DNA from: Bacillota bacterium | GTDB lineage: Bacteria > Bacillota > Ch66 > Ch109 | Reading direction: 5' to 3' | Assembly: GCA_050952625.1 (NCBI GenBank) | Contig: JBMNLH010000001.1 | Location: 704,001 to 768,000 of the forward strand | Length of the DNA stretch: 64,000 bases | In this document: positions 51,589 through 60,871 of the stretch, in pieces | How the letters are laid out: the number at the start of each line of letters is the position of its first letter | How positions within the stretch are numbered: the stretch's first letter is position 1 | Program-made: the position numbers and the translations under genes | Notes under the pieces: generated by a model | Database searches by the model: none | Seen by the model: only the letters and a program-made list of their open reading frames with translations | What the model was told of the DNA's origin: nothing

Positions 51589-52497
51589 TTGTCTAATTTA
51601 GGACCAACTGAAATAACTGGTGATTACGTGGTTCGGGCAACAGCCTTAGATGGACAAATTCGGGCTTTGGTCGGGCAGACTAAAGAGTTAGTCGAAGAAG
51701 CCCGGCAAAAACACCATACATCTCCTATAGCTACCGCTGCACTTGGACGAACCTTAACCGCCGGGTTGCTTTTGGCTCAAGATCTAAAAGGGGATAATAC
51801 TTTGACAATTCGGGTTATGGGGGATGGTCCGCTTGGGGGTATAATTGTAACCGCCGATGCTGCTGGTGGAGTGAGGGGTTACGTTCAAGAACCGGAGGTG
51901 TATTTGCCGTCGCGAGAAGGAAAACTCGATGTCGGTGGAGCCGTAGGTAAAAACGGCACGTTGCACGTTAGTAAGGACCTGGGGATGAAGGAGCCCTACG
52001 TCGGAAGTGTTCCGCTGGTTTCGGGGGAGATTGCTGAGGATTTAACTTACTATTTGGCAGCCTCAGAGCAGATCCCGTCGGTCACAGCCCTGGGGGTATT
52101 GGTGAATACTGATGGTCGGGTAATAGCAGCCGGCGGATTTATCCTTCAGCTGATGCCGGGAGCCACAGAATCGACGATTTCTTGGTTGGAAGGGCGTCTG
52201 GTGAATTTAGAACCAGTTTCAACAATGCTGGCCCGTGGGCTTTCACCAGCCGATATCCTTCGGGAAGTTCTGGGGGAATCTACGGAGATAAAGATTCTAG
52301 GGAGTCAAGCAGTATCTTTCCGATGTCAGTGCTCTCGGGAAAAGCTGATGACCTTGCTGGTTAGCTTGGGACGGGAGGAGCTAGCGAACATTCGGCAGGA
52401 AGAGGGTCAGGTGGAGGTGCGCTGTCACTTCTGCAACGAAGTCTATTCGTTTGCTGGACCTCTGCTCGAACAACTCATTGAGGAATCAGGTAATTAG
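51589..52497 (+). CDS. hslO: Hsp33 redox chaperone
   Basis: SGEIAED, SEQ, CxC and CxxC zinc motif. Confidence 0.95.
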   Translation: MSNLGPTEITGDYVVRATALDGQIRALVGQTKELVEEARQKHHTSPIATAALGRTLTAGLLLAQDLKGDNTLTIRVMGDGPLGGIIVTADAAGGVRGYVQEPEVYLPSREGKLDVGGAVGKNGTLHVSKDLGMKEPYVGSVPLVSGEIAEDLTYYLAASEQIPSVTALGVLVNTDGRVIAAGGFILQLMPGATESTISWLEGRLVNLEPVSTMLARGLSPADILREVLGESTEIKILGSQAVSFRCQCSREKLMTLLVSLGREELANIRQEEGQVEVRCHFCNEVYSFAGPLLEQLIEESGN

Positions 52498-52558
52498 CTG
52501 CATGCTGGTTGTATTCATAGCAATGACCCTAGTTAGTCGTTGTCATTAGAGGAAAAAA

Positions 52559-52586
52559 TAAAGCTTTGGATTTATCCAAAGCTTTA
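52559..52586. terminator. bidirectional terminator-like hairpin
   Basis: TAAAGCTTTGGA/TCCAAAGCTTTA between convergent genes. Confidence 0.65.
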
Positions 52587-52669
52587 AGTGACTCAAAACT
52601 TATTTTCTGCTAGCTCCATTTTACGGATATAGTAAAAACGGTTGTTTTAGCCTAAGTTTAAAGTTGCCC

Positions 52670-52858
52670 CTAGACAGCCCGGGTTACCTTGCCAGACTTC
52701 AGACAGCGGGTACAAACTTTGATTCTCCGAGGAGACCCATCAATGATAGCCTTAACCGTCTGAATATTAGGGGACCAGGTGCGTTTGGTGCGAATATGGG
52801 AGTGACTTACTTGAAAACCACTAACAACTCCTTTACCACATACAGCACACTTGGCCAT
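52670..52858 (-). CDS. rpmB: 50S ribosomal protein L28
   Basis: MAKCAVCGK...VSHSH..TKRTW.PN...CTRCLKS. Confidence 0.96.
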   Translation of the reverse strand: MAKCAVCGKGVVSGFQVSHSHIRTKRTWSPNIQTVKAIIDGSPRRIKVCTRCLKSGKVTRAV

Positions 52859-52891
52859 GCTTAACACCTCCTTCCGGACAATCACTTTATT

Positions 52892-52920
52892 ATTATAACC
52901 GTCGAAACAGGCTTTGGCAA
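52892..52920 (-). promoter_or_regulatory. sigma-A promoter of rpmB
   Basis: TTGCCA-17-TATAAT. Confidence 0.75.
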
Positions 52921-53052
52921 CCAGAGACCGGGTATAACCGATAAAATTATAATACTAGGAGGAATCAACTGGTTTAGTGTGGAATTATTTATTTAAAAAG
53001 TAAATGTTATCAGATTAGACTACTCCACTACCACCAATAAGGGGGTGCTCAA

Positions 53053-53442
53053 GTGAGAGGGAATAAATCCGAAAAAATTCCCAGTATAAAAAATGACTAC
53101 GGCATGATAACTTTGGCCGAAGAAGTAGTGACTAGTATTGTTGGTCTGGCTGCTTCTGAGTGTTACGGAGTAGTAGGAATGGCTCCGCGCCGGATGACGG
53201 AAGATCTGGGTGATATCTTGAAACGGGATTCCCTGGGCCGTGGAGTCGAGGTAGAGTGGAAAGACGGGAAGCTGTTTATTAAGGTATTTATCACAGTTGG
53301 TTATGGCACCCGGATTTCTGAAGTGGCAAATAACGTAATTAGACAGGTTCATTACTCTGTTGAACACATTACGGGCTTATCAGTAGGCCAGGTAAATGTT
53401 ATGGTTCGAGGGGTCAGAGTAATGAATGGCAAACGTGGTTGA
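53053..53442 (+). CDS. Asp23/Gls24 family protein (YloU-like)
   Basis: ECYGVVGM, YGTRISEVA; synteny. Confidence 0.9.
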   Translation: MRGNKSEKIPSIKNDYGMITLAEEVVTSIVGLAASECYGVVGMAPRRMTEDLGDILKRDSLGRGVEVEWKDGKLFIKVFITVGYGTRISEVANNVIRQVHYSVEHITGLSVGQVNVMVRGVRVMNGKRG

Positions 53443-55236
53443 ATGGGGGAGCAGGTAGTGCTAATTAAGTTAAATGGGGCCATATTGTATAATATGTTTC
53501 GCCGGGGGTTAATGGTACTAGAAGAAAATCGGGAAGCGGTTGATATTTTAAATGTGTTTCCGGTCCCAGATGGTGACACCGGAACAAATATGGTTTTGAC
53601 AATGCGGTCTGCCCTTAAAGAAATGGAAAAGGCTGAATCCAATAACCTCCCGGAGTTGGTTCAGGCTGCCTCTCTTGGTTCATTAATGGGGGCACGCGGT
53701 AATTCCGGAGTCATCTTGTCTCAGCTATTACGGGGATTTGCTAAAGGCCTAGAAGGTAAGACCGAGGTTAACGCTCTAGAATTTGCCCAGGCCATGCAAA
53801 TCGGGGTTAATACTGCCTACAAGGCAGTGATGAAACCGGTAGAAGGGACCATTCTGACTGTCTCCCGGGAAGCCGCCCAAGGAGCCTTGGAGATTGCCAA
53901 AAAGTCGAATGATATTCTAGCAGTCCTGGATGCTGCTGTGACTAACGGAGAAGAGGCCTTATTACATACTCCCGACCTTTTGCCGGTTTTAAAACGGGCC
54001 GGGGTGGTTGATGCTGGCGGAAAGGGATTTATTTTTATCTTACGTGGACTGCGCGAAGCAGCGGATAACGCGGGTGAAGATAAAGACCTGGAGGGTCAAC
54101 CAACGGATTCTGTCCGGCCAGAAATTAAAATGGACATAGCTCGATTAACTCAGAGCCAGCCGGCTGCTGAGTCTGATTCTGTCATTGAATTCCAGTACTG
54201 TACTGAGGTAATCGTCAAGGGGCAGCAACTACCGTTAGAACAACTGCGGCAGGATTTAGCTTTATTAGGGGATTGTTTGCTGGTTGTAGGGACCGAACAG
54301 CTAGCCAAGGTGCATCTGCATTCAAACAACCCCGGATTGGTTCTGGAAAATTGTCTAAAGTTTGGTTCTTTACATCAGATTAAAGTTGATAACATGCAGG
54401 AACAGCATCGGGTATTAGGTGAGTCAGGGTTGGTCCGTGATCTAGCCCAGTCAGAGTCAATAAGCGCGGAAACCATCGATGTTGCTGCAAAACCAGTTGT
54501 AACCAATGATTCTGCTCAAGATCAATTTTCACACCGGCAGATAGAATCTCCATCCGCAATTATTTCAGAACAGGTTGACAAGAAGGTCGGTCTGGTCGCT
54601 GTGGCTGTCGGTCAAGGGATCGGGGAGATCTTACGTAGTTTAGGAGTAGATGAGGTGGTTGAAGGTGGCCAAACCATGAATCCAAGTATTGAAGACCTAG
54701 TACAGGCAATTAATCGAATCTCGACCTCTCAGGTAATTATTTTGCCAAATAACAGTAATATAATTTTGGCCGCTGAACAGGCCGCTAACTTGGTAGAAAA
54801 AGAGGTTAAGGTAGTACCGACCCGGAGTTTAGCCCAGTCAATTAGTGCCCTCGTTGCTTTTGACTTAGATGCCTCCCTTGAAGATAATTATCAGAGTATG
54901 TTGGCCGGAAGCAAACGGGCAAAATCAGGAGAAGTCACCTGCGCGGTTCGTGATTGTCAGCTGGATGACTTGGATATTAAAGCCAATCAGATAATCGGAA
55001 TTGCTAACGGAACAATAAAGGTAGCCGGCGAAGATCCTGCCCAAGTCGTAAAGGATCTGCTCCAGCAAATGGTTGAGGAAGAAGACGAAATCATCACCAT
55101 ATTCTATGGGGAAGACGTAGAAGCCAACCAGGCCGAAGAACTAGCCGCCGCATTAAGCCAAGACTTTCCCAATTGTGAAATAGAACTCCACCAAGGCGGC
55201 CAGCCATTATACCATTATTATATAGCTGTAGAATAG
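53443..55236 (+). CDS. fakA: fatty acid kinase A (DAK2, YloV)
   Basis: NVFPVPDGDTGTNM, GARGNSG, GGQTMNPS. Confidence 0.93.
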   Translation: MGEQVVLIKLNGAILYNMFRRGLMVLEENREAVDILNVFPVPDGDTGTNMVLTMRSALKEMEKAESNNLPELVQAASLGSLMGARGNSGVILSQLLRGFAKGLEGKTEVNALEFAQAMQIGVNTAYKAVMKPVEGTILTVSREAAQGALEIAKKSNDILAVLDAAVTNGEEALLHTPDLLPVLKRAGVVDAGGKGFIFILRGLREAADNAGEDKDLEGQPTDSVRPEIKMDIARLTQSQPAAESDSVIEFQYCTEVIVKGQQLPLEQLRQDLALLGDCLLVVGTEQLAKVHLHSNNPGLVLENCLKFGSLHQIKVDNMQEQHRVLGESGLVRDLAQSESISAETIDVAAKPVVTNDSAQDQFSHRQIESPSAIISEQVDKKVGLVAVAVGQGIGEILRSLGVDEVVEGGQTMNPSIEDLVQAINRISTSQVIILPNNSNIILAAEQAANLVEKEVKVVPTRSLAQSISALVAFDLDASLEDNYQSMLAGSKRAKSGEVTCAVRDCQLDDLDIKANQIIGIANGTIKVAGEDPAQVVKDLLQQMVEEEDEIITIFYGEDVEANQAEELAAALSQDFPNCEIELHQGGQPLYHYYIAVE

Positions 55237-55401
55237 GAGCACCGTATCTAAGCCTACAGGAAAAAACTGAATGATAAAGAAGCAGAACTTTAGCACCGCA
55301 GAAACTGCATAAAAGGAAAGAGGCGCGACTAGTTAAATAGAAATAGGAGTGCCGTATCTAAGTCTACAGGAAAAAACTGCATTAAATAGAAGTAGAACTT
55401 T
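55232..55401. repeat. imperfect ~60-bp direct repeat pair, 110-bp period
   Basis: AATAGGAG..CCGTATCTAAG.CTACAGGAAAAAACTG...AGAACTTT at 55232 and 55342. Confidence 0.85.
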
Positions 55402-55492
55402 TAATTTATTATTAGAACTTTAGGTGCCGCAAGGCACCCGTTTTTATGCCGGAAGTCCCTATTTCTCTTGCGCAAAAATTAAGGGAGAAGTA

Positions 55493-57973
55493 ATGAATAC
55501 GGAATTAGTTGATCGATTAAAGAACATATTAATAACAGAAAAACGGCTTAATTGTACTAATTCCTCAGTTTACGGTGGTTTTACGAATTTTATCGAAAGA
55601 GAAGCCCGGCAATGGCTGGCGCAATTTGATGAACAGTCTATTACTCCGCCTATTATTGATACTCGACCATACTGGCAGCGATTAATCGAGCTGGCTCAGG
55701 TTTATCTAGAAGTGCCGCCGGCTCATCGGCTGACAAAGTTGGAAGAGATGGAAAGAATAGTAGGCTTAATCCAAATGAGCAGCCCAGGTAACGAAACAAG
55801 GGTCAATTCAGGTGAGAATCCATCAAACCAGACTGTCGGATTCCAAGCAGGGTATTTGTCTGAGTTGCTTCCGCCTAAAAAAAATTACCCCGACCAGGTT
55901 AATTCATACCATGACCCCTCTGGTACTAATATTCAATTTCTGCGGGGAGTTGGTCCGCAGCGGGGAAAATTGCTGAATCGACTGGGGATCAAGACAGTCT
56001 TTGATTTATTGCGGTATTATCCGCGCGATTATGAGGATCGCACTCAGGTGCCACTTCTTAAAGATGTCCGTCCGGGTGAAAGACCAGTTACAGTAATCGG
56101 CACAGTACAGGCGGTTAGCAGAATTCAGACTTCTTCGAAGGTTGTGGTTATCAAGGTTCTTCTGGTTGACCAGAGCGGGAGTCTTAACGCTGTTTGGTTT
56201 AATCAGCCTTATTTAATGAGAAATATAAAACCAGGCCAAAAATTACTAGTTACTGGTAAGATAGTGCCGGCTCTTAAGGGTGGCTGGGAAATCCAAGTTC
56301 GGGAGTATGAGCAGTTTGATGAAACTGCTGCTCAATCTAACAGTCAAATTGTCCCTGTTTATACCGCCACAGACGGACTGCCTAGTCGCATCCTGCGCAG
56401 CTTAGTGCAACGAGCCCTACCAGATTTTTTAAACAGATTACCGGAAACCTTACCAGAGGAGATACTAAACCGTCATGGACTGTTACCATTGACAGAAGCG
56501 TTAAGCCAAATTCATTTTCCCTCGAACTGTCAGATGCTTGAGGCGGCCCGACGCCGCCTCTGTTTTGAGGAGTTGTTTTTCTTTCAATTAGGCTTAGCAC
56601 TACTTGGCAAAGGAAGACGGACTCAAGCTGGTTACGCGCACCGGGTAGATCCCGAAAGGTTGCATTTGTTTTCTCGTTCCCTAGGTTTTTGTTTAACACC
56701 GGCTCAGCAAAGAGTACTGTCTGAGATTCTCGCGGATATGCATCGGCCGGTGGCCATGAGCCGACTTTTACAAGGCGATGTCGGCTCGGGTAAGACAGTT
56801 ATAGCCGCCGCCGCGTTAGTAGTAACTGTATCCAATGGTTTACAGGGAGCTCTGATGGTTCCGACGGAAATTCTGGCCGAACAACACCAGCAAACCCTGG
56901 CTCAAATGCTGGCCCCGCTGCAAATTCCGGTAGTTCTCCTTAAAGGCGGTCAACCCCGAGCTGAGAGAAGATCAATTGAGGCCGGTCTCAAAGCGGGCAC
57001 AATTCCAGTGGTGGTTGGGACCCAAGCCCTTATTCAGGAGGGAATAGAGTTTCAGCAATTAGGGTTGGTAGTGATTGATGAGCAGCACCGTTTTGGCGTT
57101 AGGCAGCGAGTCAAGCTGCAGCAAAAAGGCAAAGCACCGGATCTCTTGGTGATGACGGCTACACCAATTCCGAGAACACTGGCCTTAACTCTGTACGGTG
57201 ATCTTGATCTATCAATCCTCGATGAATCGCCTCCCGGCCGAAAACCAGTGCGGACCTATGTGGTTAATGAAAGCTACCGGCTGAGATTGAACCGGTTTGT
57301 CCGAGAGCAGGTCCAGTTGGGCCGGCAGGCTTATTACGTGTGTCCCCTGGTTGAAGAATCAGAAAGCCTGGATTTAGAAGCAGCCAGTAGTTTGGCCGTA
57401 GATTTGCAAGAAAAGGCTTTTCCCGATCTGAGGATTGGTTTGGTCCATGGTCGCTTACGGCCTGATGAAAAAGAACAAGTAATGAAAGCTTTTCGACTGG
57501 GGGAGATAGATATCCTGGTATCAACTACCGTAGTTGAGGTAGGAGTTAACGTCCCTAATGCGACAGTAATGGTAATTGAGGGAGCCGAACGGTTTGGGCT
57601 GGCTCAACTTCATCAGCTGCGGGGTAGAGTAGGTCGGAGTGAACATCAGGCTTATTGCATTTTAGTCAGCCAGAACACTTACCCAGAGGCTCGACAACGG
57701 CTGGCAGTTATGGCTGGGACTAACAACGGTTTTGTTATCGCGGAGGAAGACCTTAAGATCAGAGGGCCGGGCGAGTTTTTTGGCCTGAAACAGCACGGTT
57801 TACCTAATCTCAAGCTGGCTAACCTGGTTCGAGATTATAAGCTCTTGGAAATTGCCAGAGCAGAAGCCCAAGCACTAATTAAGACAGATCCCGATTTAGA
57901 GCGAAGTGACTATCAAAAATTATATCTCCTGGCTCGGGAAAGCCTTGGCGGCTTGGATATCCCTCGAAACTAG
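55493..57973 (+). CDS. recG: ATP-dependent DNA helicase
   Basis: GDVGSGKT, DEQHRFG, TATPIPR, QLRGRVGR; start set at ATG 55493. Confidence 0.95.
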   Translation: MNTELVDRLKNILITEKRLNCTNSSVYGGFTNFIEREARQWLAQFDEQSITPPIIDTRPYWQRLIELAQVYLEVPPAHRLTKLEEMERIVGLIQMSSPGNETRVNSGENPSNQTVGFQAGYLSELLPPKKNYPDQVNSYHDPSGTNIQFLRGVGPQRGKLLNRLGIKTVFDLLRYYPRDYEDRTQVPLLKDVRPGERPVTVIGTVQAVSRIQTSSKVVVIKVLLVDQSGSLNAVWFNQPYLMRNIKPGQKLLVTGKIVPALKGGWEIQVREYEQFDETAAQSNSQIVPVYTATDGLPSRILRSLVQRALPDFLNRLPETLPEEILNRHGLLPLTEALSQIHFPSNCQMLEAARRRLCFEELFFFQLGLALLGKGRRTQAGYAHRVDPERLHLFSRSLGFCLTPAQQRVLSEILADMHRPVAMSRLLQGDVGSGKTVIAAAALVVTVSNGLQGALMVPTEILAEQHQQTLAQMLAPLQIPVVLLKGGQPRAERRSIEAGLKAGTIPVVVGTQALIQEGIEFQQLGLVVIDEQHRFGVRQRVKLQQKGKAPDLLVMTATPIPRTLALTLYGDLDLSILDESPPGRKPVRTYVVNESYRLRLNRFVREQVQLGRQAYYVCPLVEESESLDLEAASSLAVDLQEKAFPDLRIGLVHGRLRPDEKEQVMKAFRLGEIDILVSTTVVEVGVNVPNATVMVIEGAERFGLAQLHQLRGRVGRSEHQAYCILVSQNTYPEARQRLAVMAGTNNGFVIAEEDLKIRGPGEFFGLKQHGLPNLKLANLVRDYKLLEIARAEAQALIKTDPDLERSDYQKLYLLARESLGGLDIPRN

Positions 57974-58053
57974 TCATAAATTTGTTGTATCTTATTTTTA
58001 TGCAACTTTATTATTCCAAGGTAATCAGCATCAATTAAAGCAAATACTTACTC

Positions 58054-58082
58054 GAATATAAATAAAATTCAGAGACATAATA
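58054..58082 (+). promoter_or_regulatory. putative forespore sigma-G promoter
   Basis: GAATA-17-CATAATA upstream of SASP. Confidence 0.45.
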
Positions 58083-58243
58083 AGATCAAGAAAGCAAGGT
58101 GTTACCGATGAGGCAAAGGCAACTGGGCTTCGGATGGTTCAAAACCTTGCTTTCTCCTCTCCAAATTCAGTCCGGTGACTAACTGGCGAGACAGGATTAA
58201 ACAAGAAAACCGAGTAATCGGAACTTTGAAAGGAGGTGCGAAA

Positions 58244-58528
58244 ATGCCACGTAATCGGAATAATGCGGTTGTCCCGCAGGCCCGTGCAGCTTTGGATAAA
58301 TTTAAATTCGAAGTAGCCAATGAAATTGGCCTGGGCCAAGCATACCAGTCCGGTGATTTGGGAAATCTTACCTCACGACAGAATGGTGCCGTGGGGGGAT
58401 ATATGACCAAGAAGATGATCCAGTTGGCAGAACAGCAACTGGCTAATGACCCGAACTTCACCCAGCAACTAGCAAGTTCGGCAGGGCAAGATCATCGACA
58501 AGGTGCAACTTTACAATCTGGTCGGTAA
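58244..58528 (+). CDS. alpha/beta-type small acid-soluble spore protein
   Basis: KFEVANEIG, LTSRQNGAVGG; AGGAGGTG SD. Confidence 0.93.
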   Translation: MPRNRNNAVVPQARAALDKFKFEVANEIGLGQAYQSGDLGNLTSRQNGAVGGYMTKKMIQLAEQQLANDPNFTQQLASSAGQDHRQGATLQSGR

Positions 58529-58578
58529 AGCTAGCTAGCCCAAATTACTTCTTTCGTGGTTATAGAACTAAGGTTCGG

Positions 58579-58609
58579 GAGGTCTGGGTTTATTCTCAGA
58601 CCTCTTTTT
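58579..58609 (+). terminator. intrinsic terminator
   Basis: GAGGTCTG/CAGACCTC stem followed by T5. Confidence 0.7.
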
Positions 58610-59575
58610 CTATTGTAAATAGAAACTTAGATTTGACGGAGTAACGCTTGGATGAAGAGCCTGGTTAATTCCCCTGGCGATGGTTTTAGCCAGATTCTCA
58701 ACCATCGAATCAATTTCTTTAGGCGTTACGGTTAAACTACCGCCAAATGGAGACAGGACGTTGCTAATAACATCGTTTATTATCGGTGGACGTAGACCTT
58801 GATACATATTTAATTCTTGAAACAACTTAAGGATTACTTCTTCCATAATAATCGCGGCGTGGACCACGGTTGGACACCCGATGGCAATAACGGGTATCCC
58901 CATGGTTTCTTGGTTAATTCCCGCTCGTTGATTACCAACTCCAGAACCCGGTGAGATTCCCGTATCAGCAATTTGAATCGTACTGCCAATTCGATCAATA
59001 CTTTTAGCCGCAAGGGCGTCAACCACGACCATGATATTGGGTTGAACTTTTTCGACTACTCCGCGAAGTATCTCCGCTGTTTCAATTCCGGTTATACCTA
59101 ACACCCCTGGTGCTAAAGCACAGACAGAACGCAGGCCGGGTGTTAAAGCCTCGGGTGCATAGTTATATAGGTGTCGAGTAACCACGCTTTGATCGATTAC
59201 TTTTGGCCCCAAGGCATCCGGGGTGGCGTTCCAGTTTCCCAGGCCGACCAATAAAATGTTTAGTTGTTCACTGGTCGGAATAAGCTCCTGTAATTTTCTG
59301 GCTAGCACATTACTGATTTCAGTTTGAATTTCTGGGTCAATAATCCTTAAATTTGGAGCTTCAATTGTAATATATTTACCTAATGGTTTATTCATCATTC
59401 GAGCACCCTCAGGAGAGAGGATGGTCACTGTGGTTACCGTGGCATTTGATAGTTCTTCTTTATCTTCCCTAACCCCAGGGATTTCTTGGCCAGTGGCACC
59501 GCGCAGAAGTTCGTGGGCTTCCAGAGCTAGATCAAGATTAATGCCCAATTGTTGATACAAGCTAGGATTATTCAT
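58610..59575 (-). CDS. gpr: GPR germination protease
   Basis: DLALEA, GLGNWNATPDALGP, VDALAA, TPKEID. Confidence 0.93.
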   Translation of the reverse strand: MNNPSLYQQLGINLDLALEAHELLRGATGQEIPGVREDKEELSNATVTTVTILSPEGARMMNKPLGKYITIEAPNLRIIDPEIQTEISNVLARKLQELIPTSEQLNILLVGLGNWNATPDALGPKVIDQSVVTRHLYNYAPEALTPGLRSVCALAPGVLGITGIETAEILRGVVEKVQPNIMVVVDALAAKSIDRIGSTIQIADTGISPGSGVGNQRAGINQETMGIPVIAIGCPTVVHAAIIMEEVILKLFQELNMYQGLRPPIINDVISNVLSPFGGSLTVTPKEIDSMVENLAKTIARGINQALHPSVTPSNLSFYLQ

Positions 59576-59648
59576 CGTTTCCTCCTAGTAAGCAAAGGAT
59601 ACTTTTTTGCTAGGAATTACACAGTCTGCCAATTCGACTTCTTACTCG

Positions 59649-59677
59649 TAATTTCCCCTTGTTTCGCGTAATTATTC
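59649..59677 (-). promoter_or_regulatory. putative sigma-F/G promoter of gpr
   Basis: GAATA-15-GGGAAATTA on minus strand. Confidence 0.45.
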
Positions 59678-59819
59678 TAGTTTAAAGAATATTTTTTATC
59701 CAATAAACTGTTAATCATATAACATTAAGTCGAGTTACTACTGTATTTATGCTATAATTTTGGATGATGCTTAAGGATAACTAATTTCGTTTAATACCTA
59801 ATACCATAAGGATGACTGG

Positions 59820-60380
59820 ATGTTAAGAGTTATTGCTGGAATTAACGGTGGGCAGAAATTAAAAACTTTAAGGGGTCGAGATACCAGGCCGACGGCAGAC
59901 CGGGTGCGAGAAGCATTGTTTAATGTTTTGAGTACCCGGATAATTGGCTGTCAATTCCTAGATTTATTTGCGGGAACCGGCGCAATCGGTATTGAGGCCC
60001 TTAGTCGGGGAGCAGAGCGGGTGATTTTTATCGAAAGCAACCCGGCAGCTGTTCGGATTATTCAGGATAACCTGACAATAGTGGAGAAGCAGGAACAAGC
60101 AGAAGTATTACGTCGAAAATTGCCTGAGGGATTGGCAGCAGTAGCCGCTCAAGGTCTTAAATTTGATATAATATTTTTAGATCCTCCTTATTGGAAACAG
60201 ATGACTGAAAATACCTTAGCCAATCTGGTGCATCTTAATTTAGTGACCCCAGAGGGATGGGTGGTTGTTGAATCAGCGGCCAAAGAACCATTGCCGTCTG
60301 TAATTCAGGGAAGATTAGAGACTTTTAAGGATAAGCATTATGGAGATACCAGATTACGATATTTTCGATGGATGAGTTAA
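59820..60380 (+). CDS. rsmD: 16S rRNA m2G966 methyltransferase
   Basis: RPTADRVREALF, DLFAGTG, DPPY. Confidence 0.95.
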   Translation: MLRVIAGINGGQKLKTLRGRDTRPTADRVREALFNVLSTRIIGCQFLDLFAGTGAIGIEALSRGAERVIFIESNPAAVRIIQDNLTIVEKQEQAEVLRRKLPEGLAAVAAQGLKFDIIFLDPPYWKQMTENTLANLVHLNLVTPEGWVVVESAAKEPLPSVIQGRLETFKDKHYGDTRLRYFRWMS

Positions 60381-60394
60381 ATGGGGGGATAAAT

Positions 60395-60871
60395 TTGAAG
60401 CTTATGACATTATTAGAGGAGTTTGAACAGTATATTGAAAACAGCCGCCGGATACCAATGACGGGTAAACTGATAGTGGATGGGGATCAATTACTGGACT
60501 ATATTGATCAGATCCGGGAGGCTCTCCCGGACGAAGTCGCGGAAGCGCAACGTATTGCCAGAGACAGGGAAAGAATGTTAAAAGAAGCCAAACGGGAAGC
60601 GGAGCAGATGGTAGAGGATACCCGGCTGCATATGACCCGGATGGTAGATGACCACGAAGTAAGCCGTCATGCTCAAGATGTAGCAGAAAAAGTAGTATCA
60701 GATGCTCAGCAAGTGGCCAAGGAGATTCGGCTAGGGGCTAACGAATATGCTGATGAGGTCCTAAAAAGTATTGAATCAGTTTTGGATCAAGTTTTAGAAA
60801 CTATTGAAAAGACTGCTAGTTCAGTGCACCGTGATCGAGAGGAATTAAACCGAACAAAGGTTAACTCTTGA
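60395..60871 (+). CDS. conserved coiled-coil protein (ATP synthase b/DivIVA-like)
   Basis: IPMTGK...IREALP...GANEYAD; TTG start behind GGGGG. Confidence 0.8.
   Translation: MKLMTLLEEFEQYIENSRRIPMTGKLIVDGDQLLDYIDQIREALPDEVAEAQRIARDRERMLKEAKREAEQMVEDTRLHMTRMVDDHEVSRHAQDVAEKVVSDAQQVAKEIRLGANEYADEVLKSIESVLDQVLETIEKTASSVHRDREELNRTKVNS

Noticed and set aside
55319-55440. Lysine or cobalamin riboswitch-like words (AGAGGCGCG, GGTGCC)
   Set aside because: Remaining conserved cores are missing and the gene context is unrelated.
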